Shown here piece after piece: positions 12,287-27,200 of a DNA stretch of 64,000 bases. The DNA lies in the NCBI GenBank assembly GCA_046563655.1, contig CM102283.1:8122001-8186000 (forward strand). Reading direction: 5' to 3'. The position numbers were made by a program, and so were the translations under genes. This stretch comes from Yuukianura sp. NJ FZ-2021 (taxonomy: Eukaryota). Every line of letters starts with the position of its first letter. The first letter of the stretch is position 1. Below the pieces are notes generated by a model that saw nothing but the letters and a program-made list of their open reading frames with translations, did not search any database and was not told the origin of the DNA.

Positions 12287-15200
12287 TTAGTCGCCAAATC
12301 TTGAGCAGGCCTTCTTCCATTTGCACTGCGTGCACCAGAGATCCCTGCGTTCCATTCCATACACCTAAACAGAAACAAAATACATTAAAATTTTAAAACT
12401 TCAGCAAAAAAGTATTAAAAATTTGAAACTTTTCAGTTTATTCTAATAACTCCGTCTTACTTTTCGACACTTCTTGGTGTCTCCGCGCGGTCGCCTAACG
12501 GGACTTGACTTTGGTGATAGCCTCTTCTTTGGATTTCCATGAGTATTTCCGTTGCTTGCGTTACTCGGTGACTTACGATGCTGAAGTTGCAGTTGACTCA
12601 ATTTGTACTCTGGATCTGTTCAAATAATCAACATTTTCAGAAAATTTCATCACCATCTCCAATTTTAGTAATTCCTTATCCCAAAATTTTAGTACATTTT
12701 TCCTTGAGCAAAAAAATAGAAATGGCATCACTTCCTACGTCTCCGTTCCCAGTCATATTTTAATTCCGCCTACTCACTTGTCAGTCTCAATCACTTTACT
12801 TGACAATTACATTACACTTTACACCTCTCTCCCTTCTTTTGTTACTCTTACTAAAAATAACCTCCCACAAATCATCACATTTCCTTCACCAGCTCTAGCC
12901 TCTCTTATTCCCTTTTTCCATCCAAAATGTAGGTCAAGTCTCATTGATTGCAAAATTCATCATGGACTTGATGGCAAAAGCAGTCTCTCTCATTCAAAAG
13001 CAAGTGCTTCCAACGTCCTGTTGCGTTCTCAGTGCTTGATCTTAATGGAGTCCAAAACGAAATATTAAACTAATGGATGTCCCATGCCAAGCGAAATTAA
13101 AGCCCGCAGGAGCCTGTCCAATTTCAGCAGTACATTACAACAAAACAGCCTTCAACGACCGCCACCGCCTAACATTTTGCCCATAAATTCCAAAAATAAT
13201 CGATTTTGGAAATATTTAGTTCACAAACCTTCTGATGGGGGTCGAACCATGTCCATGTGGGAAAGTGTTGGGGAAAATGCCATGCCAAGACCCATCATGG
13301 ACGAGCCATAAGATGATGAAAACGTTGGAGAGAGATCAGGGATCTCAACTTCCGTGTAATAAAATTCCTCTTCATGATCATCCGAAACTTCGGATTTGGG
13401 GCTACAAAAGAAAAAATTAAAATATGTTAGAATTAAATTAAATTCAAAATTCACTAGTTTCTTTTTATACTTTTTGGCAAAATTGTTACCCTAAATGTGC
13501 ATAGCGAACATGAGCTTCAATTTCAAAACAACTGTCTTTGTACATGGAGCATCCTGGCCAAGTACATTCAAAGATAATCTTCACTTTCTTTTTCTTCGGT
13601 TGATCCAAATCCCAATCTCCAGTCCCATCACTTTCAATTCCATCGTCCGAAGAAGATGGAGTTGGACTGTGACTATTAAAGTGCATCTCCGCCGATCCGG
13701 TACTGGATCCTGCCGATCCAACAATTCCCGGCAAGCTGCTGCTCAACCATGACGATGCTCCGGATGAACTTGACGAACTCCATGAAGATGACACGAGTCC
13801 TGCAAAAATAAGAAAAAAACATCAATTAATTCAATTGCGTTTTACATAAAATTCATAAATGTCACAAAAACAATTTGAAATTATATTTTTTTTGCACCCC
13901 GCTGGTACCCATTTTTGCAAAAATCCATTTCCCGCGCTACTTTTTGTGTGCAAATTTGACCTCTTTGGCCTTCCCACTGACTTTGCCTAGAATCTGACAA
14001 ACATTGTTCCGTGTCATGAACAGAGAAATTCAGAGGAGCCGGAAGCAACATGCTTTTCTCCCGCTGTGTGACATACAAGATTCTCTCTCTGACACAACTT
14101 CCTGTCATCATCATCCTTTCATGTCAAAACACAAAAACTTGCACAGTACAACAAAATACTTTGTTACAAATTACACATAACATGCTCCGTTATTTTGACC
14201 AAATCCATCATAATAATCATACTCTAACTGAATGTTTTTCTCAAGGAGGAGGAAACAAGTTGCAAATTTTGCAAAGAGGATGATACAAGGTGCAAATAAT
14301 TTTGCATCATCCTCTCTCTGTTCTTGCATGATCCGGTTCTCGATTCAGTGCTGTGTGGCATGTTCCTCAACATTCGTTGTCCACATGCACCGTGACCTAA
14401 AACTTTACTATGCCAGTTCAACAAAGTCACATGACTCAAAATTTCATGGATTTGCACAATCTGTGTGTAAATACAGCTGGACAAGAGGAACGCTTTGACG
14501 CTTTTAGTTTTTCCAAGACATGAAACATGATTTGACGTATTTGAGGATGAGATGAATGAACATCCTTGGAACTTTAAATCTGTGATAATGCTTTTCAAAT
14601 TTCAATTCACCGGGTTCAAACTCTAAGACGCTTTTAGCTTAAGTGACGATGTTTTTACCAATTCTGCGCAGCCAAAAAAACGGAAGAGGAACCAGAAGTC
14701 TTTAAAAGCTAAAAACAACGACGCAGTTCAATCCATCAACAAAAACAAGCTCAAATAGCCGGCATGTGCGCTTCTCGAAACATGTCACTTTCCAGAAGTG
14801 AACTTTAAATGCGACTTGAATACATTAATTAGAACTTCATGCTTAGGCCGAGTGATGGCTTTGATTTTCCAGAGTGTGAAGAAGGTCATTAACCCAACAA
14901 ATCCTCCAACCACCACCACATAACCAAAACGCAATTCAAAAATTGCTACATGTGCACAACTAAAGTTTCTATTTTTGACTTTCGTTCAGGAACATTGCAC
15001 ACTTTCGTCAAAAAATAAAAAAAAAAACTCTCACTCTATAACCTACATTCTCCAAAATGCTTTAAAATCTTCCAAAATCTCCCAAAACTTCACCAATTTT
15101 AACATTTTACATCGTCACACGAAATCATATCATAACAATTATTATGGTGGACAATGCTTGTATCATGTGACGTCTAAAAATGATTTCAAAGCGCATTGAC

Positions 15201-18200
15201 CTTACAAAGTTACATATGAAAGCGAAATCACAATTCCGCCTGTCATCACACCGCAAATATGGTAAAAACACGAGGCACAATGACGAAGTGACGTCAAATC
15301 CAACTTGCATCAACAATTGGCGTATGACATTCGAAAAAAAAAACTACTTTTCAAAAAATATATTGTTCCATTGTTCAAAATCATGCTCGAATTTATGTTT
15401 TCCGTTTTAGAGGTGACATGCAGTGACAATTTGAAAGGGAAGATCATGTGATGCGTCCTTCACCTCTTCCACAGAGGTTAAAATCCGGTTCACAATCGCA
15501 ATTCGTGAAGGGAGCGGACGAAGCAGGATTAAGACAAAGTCAATGACAAAACGAACAATGGGAAAATGTTAAGAACTGCCGTTATATTAAAACCTACCAG
15601 GACCAACACGTAACCGTCAAGTCAACTTATCCGAAGCAATCACTTCTAAATTACCGTAAATTTCCAAATAAGCACCCCCTGTTCCAAATCATGCCGCTTG
15701 TGTATTATGCAGTACATTTCCCGCAAAGCTAAACGAAGAAGGTATTGATAGCCAGGGTTATTATTTGGAAATTTACGGTAGGTATCTCTCAACATTACTG
15801 TAGTATAAGTGTCCCTGTCGCCACAAAAGTTTCTCAAGGATTATTATCATCTCGTACATCGCACTTTCTTACAGAAACGGGATCTCCTTATCCCATCTCA
15901 CTAACTTTTCAGTTTGAATTTCAAATTTTGAAAATAAGAGTGTGAAAAAAGTGTAATCCGATTTCAGAAATCAATTTTTCCGTATCCTCCCACCCAACCA
16001 TAAATTTTCTACATCCCACAATAAATTTTTTTTACACCTAAAGACAAGTCTTTAGGGGATAAAAAATACTTGTTAGTAAATTTTTTTTACCCCTAACAAT
16101 AGTTATAAATTTCATTGTTAGCCATAAGCCAAGATGAACGCAGAGATCTCTGGTTTTCAATTTACCAAAATCATTCTCAAGGTTCTTCCGCATCGTCACA
16201 CCTTCTTTTGTAGCGCAATGCCGATTTCAAATCAATTAATTTCATGAACAGGCCATTACTATTCTATGCAAATGCAACGAAACAAAGCACTTCTACACCT
16301 AACCTTAAAAATCATTACATGATCAGTTACAATCTAAATTCACAAGGAAGCATTATCCAACCTAAGCTATAGTAAAGCCAGCATACAGTAAAACCAATTA
16401 TTTGCGAATTCAGCAACTCTTTTAAATCAACATTACATTTAATTTAATTCGTAATAAAACAAAAGGAGGTGGTAAGGCTACAACCTTGAGCTTTACCTTA
16501 GCTTAAATCCTAACATGCGCATCGTCATAAGCTTTGTTATGTTAAACCTTTATTATGGCGTCACACAAACAGAAAAACATAAACTATTGTCTTCTCATAA
16601 AATATGGTTGTAGTAACCTACTAAATTTTACACACGCAAACCTGCCGCGCCTGTAACATTGTAGTAACTTTTCGTATTCATTCAATGCAAAAACTTTAAC
16701 TTTAAAAAATTGCCAAAAGAAAAAGAAAACGTACCAAAACTCAATTTAAATACAAAATAACGTTCTTCCAATTTCAGCACTTTAAAACTAAATGTTACCA
16801 CAAATTTTCGCAGAATTACATGTGCAGCTCATTTTTTTTTAAACTTTAGCCTGAATGTACACAGTTTTGCTGCAGGGTCGTAGTAGAAATACAACTAAAG
16901 TTTTTCAGTGACCTCAAATTCACTACCGGCACGTTTTTAGCATGACCTTAAGGTGCAAAGTACAAACTAAGCCGGTATCAGGAACCATAACTGCGCGTGT
17001 TAACAGTTAACCTACCAAAACACTAACTTTCTATTTAGTTAAGCTTACAAAGCGGTTAATTAAGAGTCTCACACCTTTCCGATTAGTTTTTTCCGTCTCT
17101 CATTCATCAGAAAGCTTTCTCGTCCAAACTTATTTTTTCTTTCATTAAGTTCAAAACCACAATTCAAATCTTTGGACATTACTTTGAGGTTAGGTTAGGG
17201 AGCTTCGACCTTAAAAAAGCCGCATATACATCGACAGAGGGCATGAAAATGACAATTGAACAGAAGAAACATAAGTTTCCAATGCCGAAACTAATGCTGG
17301 TGAGAAGATCATTGAATCCAAAGTAATCTTGGGTGACACAAATACCGCCTCATTAAATTCTCATCATCATAATTTTCACACTAGATTTCCAGTTACTAGT
17401 TTCTACTTCATCCATACCAATTCCCTACCCCAAATATTACTCGATTACTCCCAAATACTGGCAGTACTACTTAAGTTACCACATATTATTAAGTCTAACT
17501 CCAAAGCTAACAAGCCTAACCTAACAAGGACATCAGACTAACTTATTAGCCCACAGTTGAATGAACTCCATGCACGGCACAGCGGTTGAAATATTTCCTT
17601 CCTTGTAAGCGGAAATTTTGAAGAAAAAATATGGGGGTCAAAATGTTCCATGAGATTTGGTAAATTTCCAACATTTTTGTAACAACACAAAACAAATACT
17701 ACAAAATTTTTATCAAAAATTCTACATTTCTGTCGAAAAATTCTACACTTGAGGACTGTCCACCAACAAATTTCTCAAATATTGATATTTTTCTACGAAA
17801 AACAAGACAAATTGGATCGTTTTGGAACACTGAAAAGTATTTGTACAATCATAATGTCAGGCTAACTGGAAGCTCTCCAAAACATTTTTGCGTTAAAGCG
17901 ACACTAACATGACATTCGGACAAGGAAACTCGGCTGCTTAGTAAAGCCGTTGTTGAACAGATCCCACTTAATAATTAATGACAACCTCAGACACAAAATC
18001 ATGTTCATTCTCAAAAGTCACCACTTCATTAACATACGTTTTACAAAACCTTGCTCTTTTCACTTTTAAATTGAACAACTCCTAGGTAGTTTCATAATCC
18101 CCAAAAATAATTCAAAACGAAAATGGAATTTCGATTTTCCCAACTTCCTCTAGCCTCATTATGTTTTTACAGCTTAAATCCTAGGTCCTAAAAAGTAGGA

Positions 18201-21200
18201 AATATTAGGGAAAAACCAATTACTGAAATCCACTTTTGTTTAGTACTTTGTTTGGGATTAGACAAAATTAGGCCAATGTGCTTTCCTATCTCAACAAATG
18301 AGGAAATTTAGCTTATTTGTTCTTTAACTGTGTAGTATGCTATGCACACAGGGGAAATTACAAAAACAATTGTCCTCGTTCCTCCAGATTCCAGAAAGTA
18401 GCACAGTTCCAGCAAGCACAACTGCATAAACAATTTATACTTTTCCACTTTGTTCTACTGCAAACCACACAAAAAAACAGAAACGCAAACATATCTTTCA
18501 AAATAAAACAAAATTTTTAGCACCTTGGCCAAATTTTTAGCAAAACTAAAATTTATCATTACCACCAAAATACCGGGTATTACACCGGAAATTTCTGGAC
18601 GAATCCTGAACAATCCGAATTTCCGACTCCAGATATCCGCGAATGCTCCACTGCGCGCAAAGCCATACGAAATTAATGAACTTTCTCACAAAAAAAAGCT
18701 TTCTTTTTCATCATCAGCCAACATCAGCATCAGCAAGCATCTCCTTCTGCTATCTCCTAACATAACATAATCCCCAGAAATCCATAATGTGAAGAGTCAG
18801 AACTAAACGTAGGTGGTTCCAGAAAGTCAATTAAAGTTCCCAAAAGACTTCTACTGTAAGCCAACTTTCTTCGCGACTCATTAGAAGACACACGGAAGTG
18901 ACTTTGGCTCCACCATCTTAGCCTAACTGCCTAACCTAGTCCATAACCCAAACCTTATACTTGTAACTACGGCCCCACAGCCAACTAGTTACAGCAAGTC
19001 GACAGTGACAAGGATTTCAAGGATTTTAGCAACCGAGCCAAGGCTAACCTCGTACCTTAATTTCGCAAGGCACCTAACACATCCTCGTGCAGCTCAAAAT
19101 AGTTATTCACGTTTTGCAAAAATGAAACTGAAGAGTGATGAGAGCACGTTGGAAGTAGAAGTACCATGTGCCAGGCCATACCCTAACATTCCTAGCATGA
19201 ATTACACAAAACCTTAACAATTGAGTACAATGTTCAATGCATTTGCCAACTTTCAAGGTAACATTCACGTGCACGTCACTCCCTAATAATTCTTTTCTTG
19301 CCCACTTCAATGTTATTGCACAACCATTGAATAATAGGGAAGTGAACCATTAGATTCTGCAAACCGCTTTAACATTAGCTAACCAGCATAGCATAACATA
19401 TTCCCTTTCCTTTTCAATTCTTAATTACTAATCTAACTTCTAAACACAATGGATACAAACAAAAACCACAAATAGTTGAAAGCAAAACCTAAGAGTTAAA
19501 GGGCTGATCTTATGGTTAGTAGCAGACTTGTCAAAAGTATTTTGCATAAACCATGGAAATATTGAAGAAAAATTTAAATCGCCCAAATAATATACCTTTA
19601 CGTATTTTTATTTACGTAATATTTAACATTACGGGCATGCGAAAATAAATAACCGCTTAAAAACAAAAACTCCAAAAATATTTTTTCAATTAGCAGTAGG
19701 GGCATGGAGACTACACTTTTAACTAACAAAAAAAATCGAAAATAGTTTTCACATTAGCATATTACCAGCAAAGGGACTAAACATGTAGGAAACAATCGAA
19801 AATAGTTTTTAAACTGGCATTACTTGCACGGGATGACTAAATATTTTTAACACGTCTGCTTCGCAGAGCTCAATTTTCATTTTTTTTAGTCAACGTTTTT
19901 TTTTGCAACTAGGAAACTCCACTTGTTTCAGGATTGGTTTTCAAGGTGAGTTTGCCGGCCGGTCCACTCTTTCCTCTATTATTTTTGCAACATGCGCAAA
20001 AACTTTTTTTCCTTTGTCTTTTCCCCTCCACGTTCCAAGGCCAGTTTCCAAAATGGCCAAATCCAATCCAGCAGCTACAGCACAAGTACAAAGTGCAAAC
20101 ACGCAAATCTCTTTTTTTTGTTTTCCACGGCCATAAATGAATTCCCAGGCACATCGCAGGGGAACAGGTTTTGGCCTGCTGACATACATTCTGAGCTCCA
20201 CCCAAAAATAATTCTGCCATCTTCCTTATATAACAACCAGGAACAAAAACAATACCAAGAACAATAAAAGTTCTCATTCAAAGTCACCGTGTCATGCTAC
20301 TATCAATTCCACCGGGCGCGGCGTGGTTAGTTTCAAGTTTACCAAAAAAAATTGCATGCTTTTTTTCATACTCGTGTAGGAATGACCTTCGTTTTTTTGG
20401 AGTTCCACGTTCCACCCTTTGCTTTTGGAGTCCGTAATAGTTAAATCCGCAATTAAAAATTTAAAACGACTTCCCTAACTTAACCAAGGTCTCACTTTGG
20501 TCGTTTTTGGTTTCCAATTTTTTTTGGATTTCCTACTTTAAAAAAAATTACGAAACTAATCTATCTTTGTCATTTTTTCTTTAAAACTTATTGCAAGTAA
20601 TGCAAATCATTCAATAAAAAAACTGCGTCAATCAACAACCCAAAGTATTAGAAAACAAAATTATGAGGGGAAAAAATTACCAAAAATCAAAAGTATGCAA
20701 AATTGCCTAAAAGTGGAAAATTTTGTGGAAAAATGGAACGATTTCGAAACTACCGCACTTACTCAATCCATAGGAAATTCATGACTAAAAAACTCCAAAA
20801 CGTGACAAAATTTCCAAAAATTCCGCATTTTGATATATACTAAAACATTTCCTTTCAAAAATATTTTCTCCATTTTCCAAAAAAGTAAATTACGTACTGT
20901 AAGGCAGAAAAGGGGAGGAGATGACGAATAACATAGTAGATTTTTCCATTTTGCCTTGGAGTGTTATAACTCTGAAATGAAAGCACATTTGACCTAAATA
21001 AAAATCTAGGTCCAAACGCAGAGTCAGTCAAGCGGATTCAGAAAATTACGAGCGAAGACTTTCTGTGATTCCCATTCCGAAAATCCTTTTGACTCTAACA
21101 TTTCAAAAATGCTTTCAGCGTGAAGAAAAATGCACAGTAGAAGCCAAAAATCATTTTTTCCCAAAAACAAAATGGAAATCCTGTTCTTTTCATAACAAAA

Positions 21201-24200
21201 AGAAAATAACTCCTTTTCACAAAAATTTAAAGAAACTTATAACAAAAATGTATTAAAAAGAAGAAAAAGAAATTGTGCCAAATTTTCAGAAAATCAAAAA
21301 ACCACGCTCTGATGCCGCTCCAACTTCAACTTCTCTTTGTCTCTAACAGATATTTTCTAAATTCTAAATTTCAAAAACCTGTGCCAAAACTTAAAAAGGA
21401 AATGCTCCAAGTTAATCAGTATAAAAACACAAAAGTTCTAAACATTTCCTAGAAGAAAGAGAGAAAAAATAAACAGAATTTGAGCGGTACTTGATTCTAA
21501 TCCAAAAACAGATTTTGGCAAATGTGTGACCTTGGGAGCTCCACAAAGTGCCACTTTCGTCCTCTTTCGCCTACGCATTTGCCTTCTGCGTTCCAATTCG
21601 CACAATTTCAAACACACATCTCATTTCATTACAGAAAAAGTTTCCACCATTTTCAAAATTTCATGCATTTTCAATTCCAAATCGTTTTCTCTCGAATTTC
21701 ACCCTCAGTAATTCACAAAAAAAAAAAATCAAAATTTCACCACAAAAAAGAAATCACAATCACCAAAGAAATTTTTTTTTTACCTTGATATAATCATACC
21801 CACCGCAGTTTTTCTCACATTTTCTCATTAATCACCGGTTTTGTTACATTTCAAAATGTTTTTGACTTTTTAAATAAATTATTTAACTCGTTCTACAACA
21901 TTCTCACTTTAATCAACTCCTTTCAAACTGTAAAATCCGTCAGTCAAAAAATCATTTCCAATTTTCATTATACTAAATCCTATACCATACAATTACCTCG
22001 TAACCCATATTCCAACTCACCATCATCCTCTTCTGCAAATTACTACGCATATTTGCACTCTTAAATCTTTAACCCTCTTCCACTTGCGTACTACTACACC
22101 TACAATTTAAGAAATCTTCACACCGCTCATCATCATAATCACATCTCTTCAAAAACCTGTACAAACAATGTACTACATGCACTGTGTACTAACAAAATGG
22201 CGTGACTTTTTACAAACTAGCCCCACCTTCTACCCACTTCCGCATCTACACCTTATTCCATCAATCTCATTTTAAACATTAAAAAAAATCTAAGAATTAA
22301 AAATGTCGTACTCCACCGGCATGAAAAATGAGCATGAAAGTCACTTTGAACAAAATCATGTGATATGCAATTGCCAATCCACTTACAAATGCAATCACCT
22401 GATGACGATATTTTTCATTAAATTTACAATGTTAAACTACGCCACATCATACATCAGCACCACAATTACCCAACAACCAGAAGATTAATTCACTCAACCT
22501 TATTTTGAACTTGTAATCCACATTTTTATGATGACATTGGAAAAGTGGGAGGATGGGCGCTAGAAAGTGCAATGAACTGCACCAACTGATAAACATGTGA
22601 TTCCAGAAACATCTATCTCACATCATGCAATCTCCTCTTTTCCATTACCATCCTATTCCACTTAATTTCTCCACTACATAGTTAGTAATTTAATGCAACT
22701 TTTTAAAGTAACAACCAAGGATAAAAAGGTTATAAACCACAACCCCTGTTTTTGTTTTGGACAAATTGCAGAAGCTTTTAAAACTAAAGCTCCAGATGGA
22801 AAGTGAGTGATGAAAAGTCAAAAAAAATTGGAAATGCACTTTTTCTAGTGCAATTTAAACCTTTTGAAATCAGTCACAGTCCTTAAAAGGCCAAAAACCA
22901 AAAGCTTCTGTTTTATTATCTTCCATTTGACCTCTGCTGAGCCTTTCAAAAAAATATGGAAAGATGCAATGACCTACCGAAGGTTTTAAATTTAAGTGTT
23001 CATCGTAAACACTCCAAAATAACTTCAACACCAAAATCTAGAAGCTGTTGAGGCCATAATCTCCCATTTAAACTTCAAATCAAAAACAAACTCACAAAAT
23101 GCCCAATCAAAACCATTGTCCAAAATAAATAAAAAATTCAATTAAACTATAATAATATCAGCTAAAAAAGGCAAAAATAGCAAAAGCCAAAAGCAAACTC
23201 ATTCAAAAAAATCAAAAGAGATTTTATTGTGATTTTTACAAACGTTGCACAGCTCCTGTTAGTTTATCAGCGACCTCTGAACTCTGAATTTAAAAAATGT
23301 CAAATTTCAAAATTTCCCAACCTTTTAAACTCTCACCCAAAAAACCAATTTTTTCCAAATTTTTCCAACGTTAATAAATTTTCCTCTTTAAAAAAAGCAG
23401 AGTTGAAAGTATTGCCTTGTACTTGGCCAGAAAAGGCAGAAAAAGTGAACGGACGATAAGAAATGACTCAATCTGTTTCAAATTTTGCCTCTGTCCATTA
23501 TCAAGTTCAATGCTGCCGTTTGACTCTTCTGTGCCACTTTAACATCTAAAAGCCAAGTACACCACACAGAATTCACTTTAAAAAGATGATTAAATGCTAT
23601 TCCCATGCAGATAAATAGGACAATGGAGATACGTATGGTATTGTTTGCCTCTACTGCAATGCAATCCTGTGCATTCGGCATTCCTTTTAAACAGTAAGCC
23701 TTTATTTGCGTTACTTCCTTTCCTCACTTTTACCGCAACTTCATCATGACATGACAATGACAATACATTGCCCAAGTGACGTACATCTTTTCATGTGACA
23801 ACTGACGACAAACTCCAATTTGTCATCAATTCAAATTGCCGGGAGTGACGTCGGCTCTTCCAATTTTTCAAGCTTCTAATTTTTAATTTTTAAATCCCGC
23901 TTGTTGAAAAACCTTTGTTTAATCTTGTTAAAAAGCAGAGAAAGTAAATTTTGTGAAACTTACCGCTTTGATGATCCCACTTTGGCGAATGTGGACTGCA
24001 TGAAAGACTCATAAGGACCATAGCCGCTGCACACTCTTCCATCCCATTGTCTTTCCCATCAATACTGATCCCACCGGAAACGGAAGCCCCACCGCTACCC
24101 GCCATCACAGATTGGTACAGACTCACGCTACTTGGACGACGCTTGCGGGATCTAAAAACAATCATTTCAAATTAGACTAAAACCTCCACACCTTAAAACC

Positions 24201-27200
24201 ATAACCAATGGAAATGAAATAAAAACTGTTTCCTACTTTTCAAAAAACTTTTTTGAAATTTTCAATAAAGGAGTCATGGTTGCTCAGATGTAGATTAAAA
24301 GTGAAATGGAAATCAGATACGGAAATGTAAAATGTGTGAGCGACCAAGCCGGTTTCCGCTTTCCTGTTTAAAAGTACTTCTCGAAACGCACCAAACTACA
24401 CAACATTTAACAAAACCCGCAATGCCAAAATAACATTAGTCACTATCAGTATCATTTTTAGTTTTAAAAATTTAGACTCACTGTTTTCAAAACAATACAA
24501 ACCAGTTCGTTAAACTTTAGGGGCCATGGACTTCATAACACAAACTCTTTCATAACAAAAGAATAAACAAAATCATAAAATAACACATAAAAATGAAACA
24601 AAAATATTAAACTGTTTTTTTGTTATAGTCGTAAAAACAAAGCACGAGTAAATTAAGTGTTACACAAAAACATAAAAACACGTTTACAATCAATGCGTAA
24701 AGCGTAAAAAAAGAAAACAGCAAAATAGTGAAAGTTTGGAAGAAAAAAATTACAACTTTTCAAAAGAAAGTTGTCAAAAAAAATTCTTAACTTTACACGA
24801 AGTTGACAAAAAAAAAAGAGCAACTTCTCACCTTTCACCAAAATCAAAAATTTCGCCAGACTTCAATTTCAATCAACTTCAATCAATTTCTTTCCTCCTT
24901 TTTTTCTTTGCGTTTTTTGCAACTTCATAAACCAAAACTATTTAGTTTTTTTTTAAATCAAAACTAACGAGAAGCACAAACCACAATAAGTCAAAACACA
25001 AGAAACAAAGATTGAGAGCTCTCAGAAATAGCAAACTTGCAAATTTTTCGCAAATTGTTAAAATGCGACTCCAAACAAACAAAAAATTAGACCAAAAATG
25101 AATTGCGAATTTGCCAACAACACTGCCCTTACGTCACTTTACTGCGTTCCTAATCACCCTAACCTCAACAAACCTTAACATTTATCATTAAATTTTCCAA
25201 GTTGCCAAAACAAACAAAATTGGCAACAAAAAAAAGTTTCGTGAGGAAAAACAACTGTAAGCGTCATAAAATTCCTTATTACGACACAAAATCTTACTCA
25301 AAGCACAAGGTTACAAAAAAAAATTTTTTTTCCGCAAAAATCTCCGTCATACCTTTTAATTATTTCCGCGAGTTCTATCTTCCCAGTACATTTTTTTAAG
25401 CAAAAACAAGCCAACTGAAAACCGGCCGGTAAAAATTTATTCCTGCGCAATAAGAAAAGTATTACGTTTCACTTCAATGCGAAATAGAACTATCCAGAAA
25501 GGATTTGCTAAAAAGCTCGATGATGATAACAGTTCTCACAAACACTGACGCTTGTGTTTACTAGTTTGTACATAAACAATTTTTTGCACTGCTAAAATTT
25601 TTTTGCACTCTCAATTACGTTCAGCACGTGCTAAACTTTAAGTGAAGATGATCTCGTCGTCACAAGAGATGCTTCCCACTAACTTACTTCCACTGTTCCA
25701 CTTGAATCCATGTCAAACCAACAGTATTTAACATATTCAATGTAATATATTAAGTATAATACACAGTTTAACACAGTGTTAGTTTCCCGGCCGGTTTCTC
25801 ACTACAACCAAAGCTCCAAAAGTTGAACCAGCTTATTAAGCATCTCTGCCACTCAAAAAATGAATTCACATCGCCATACTCTTTGCTTTTCCTCTGACCT
25901 CACAAAATCACAATTCAAAAACGAATTTGCGCAGTTCTGCTCATTCACTCCACAATAACCTCTAAACTTTGTTTATACAGTAGGTTTCTAACCAAAACCG
26001 GCTTTCCAAACAACAAAAAGTTTCTGTTTTCAAAATTTAGTCACCGCTACTCCACTACTGCCCAACTTTTTCCACTTCCAGGTTTTTTTTACGAGGTCAA
26101 CAGGATTCCAGTAGCCAAACGTTAAAATGTAAATAAAAAATCCCAAAATGCAAACACTTCCACAGAACTTTTTATGACCATGCAAAAAAAAAAATTTTTT
26201 TTTTCCATTTGCAAAAACTGACGTAACTCTTTTACTTTCGCCTTTCGTTTCTCTGCATGAATTTGCACACAACTGACCCACATTTGCAAAAATTAAGCAT
26301 TTTTCTGGAAGTTCGCATACGGAAATTTTACATCAAGAAACTACAAGGTTTCACAGAAATTTCCCCACGTGCCCTCCCCTTTAATGCGCTTCCTCACTGG
26401 AAATCAATTCAAAACACTTCGTGGTAGGTGATGACGTTGCGGAAATGTGAAATAAGTACTTTGGTCGGTTAGGTTTTTACTTTTTCCGATTGCCAGTCCT
26501 CGTGTGGCGTCATTCAATAGTAATTTCGCTGTATTTTACTCAACGTAGTTACATCTATGGTCATTTGCAGAGAAAAAGAGAAGAAAATGCGTTTTTAGCT
26601 TTAGGTATACTACATCTTACCTACCCTAAAAATCGCACGAGCAACCATAAATCTTCAATTGAAATCAAAATCCTTCGAAGCCACTTTCCGCACGCGCCTG
26701 CGCAGCTTAAGTCGAGTGCGTTATGCGTCATTTTGCAAATTCAAAATCACAAACTCGTGCCTACCCTCGGCACGAGTCTAATAATTGTCTCTTATGCAAA
26801 AACAAAATCTTTTGGGATTGGAACTTGCCGTTCATAACTCAATGCCAAATTTTTTGCAGAAACGAAACACACAATTTTTTTTTCTATATTCTACACATGT
26901 ATATACACAATTTATATATGTATATTATTATAGTATGTAAAATCTAATAAGATATAATATACCACTCATGGTCACTTTATCCCATGACTTTCAATTGATC
27001 ATGCCTATTTCCACATTAGCACAAAAACTAGATTTCTTCATCACCCTTTCAAATTCTTCACAATCTTCTAGAATATTAAATTTCCATTGTTCTCTTCTCA
27101 CACTTTGCACAAAAAGTACAAAAACTCTCATTGTGTCATTAAACCACATTTTGAGCTACACTTCACTTCCAACTTGTAAATAATTAATTCCTAACATGAA

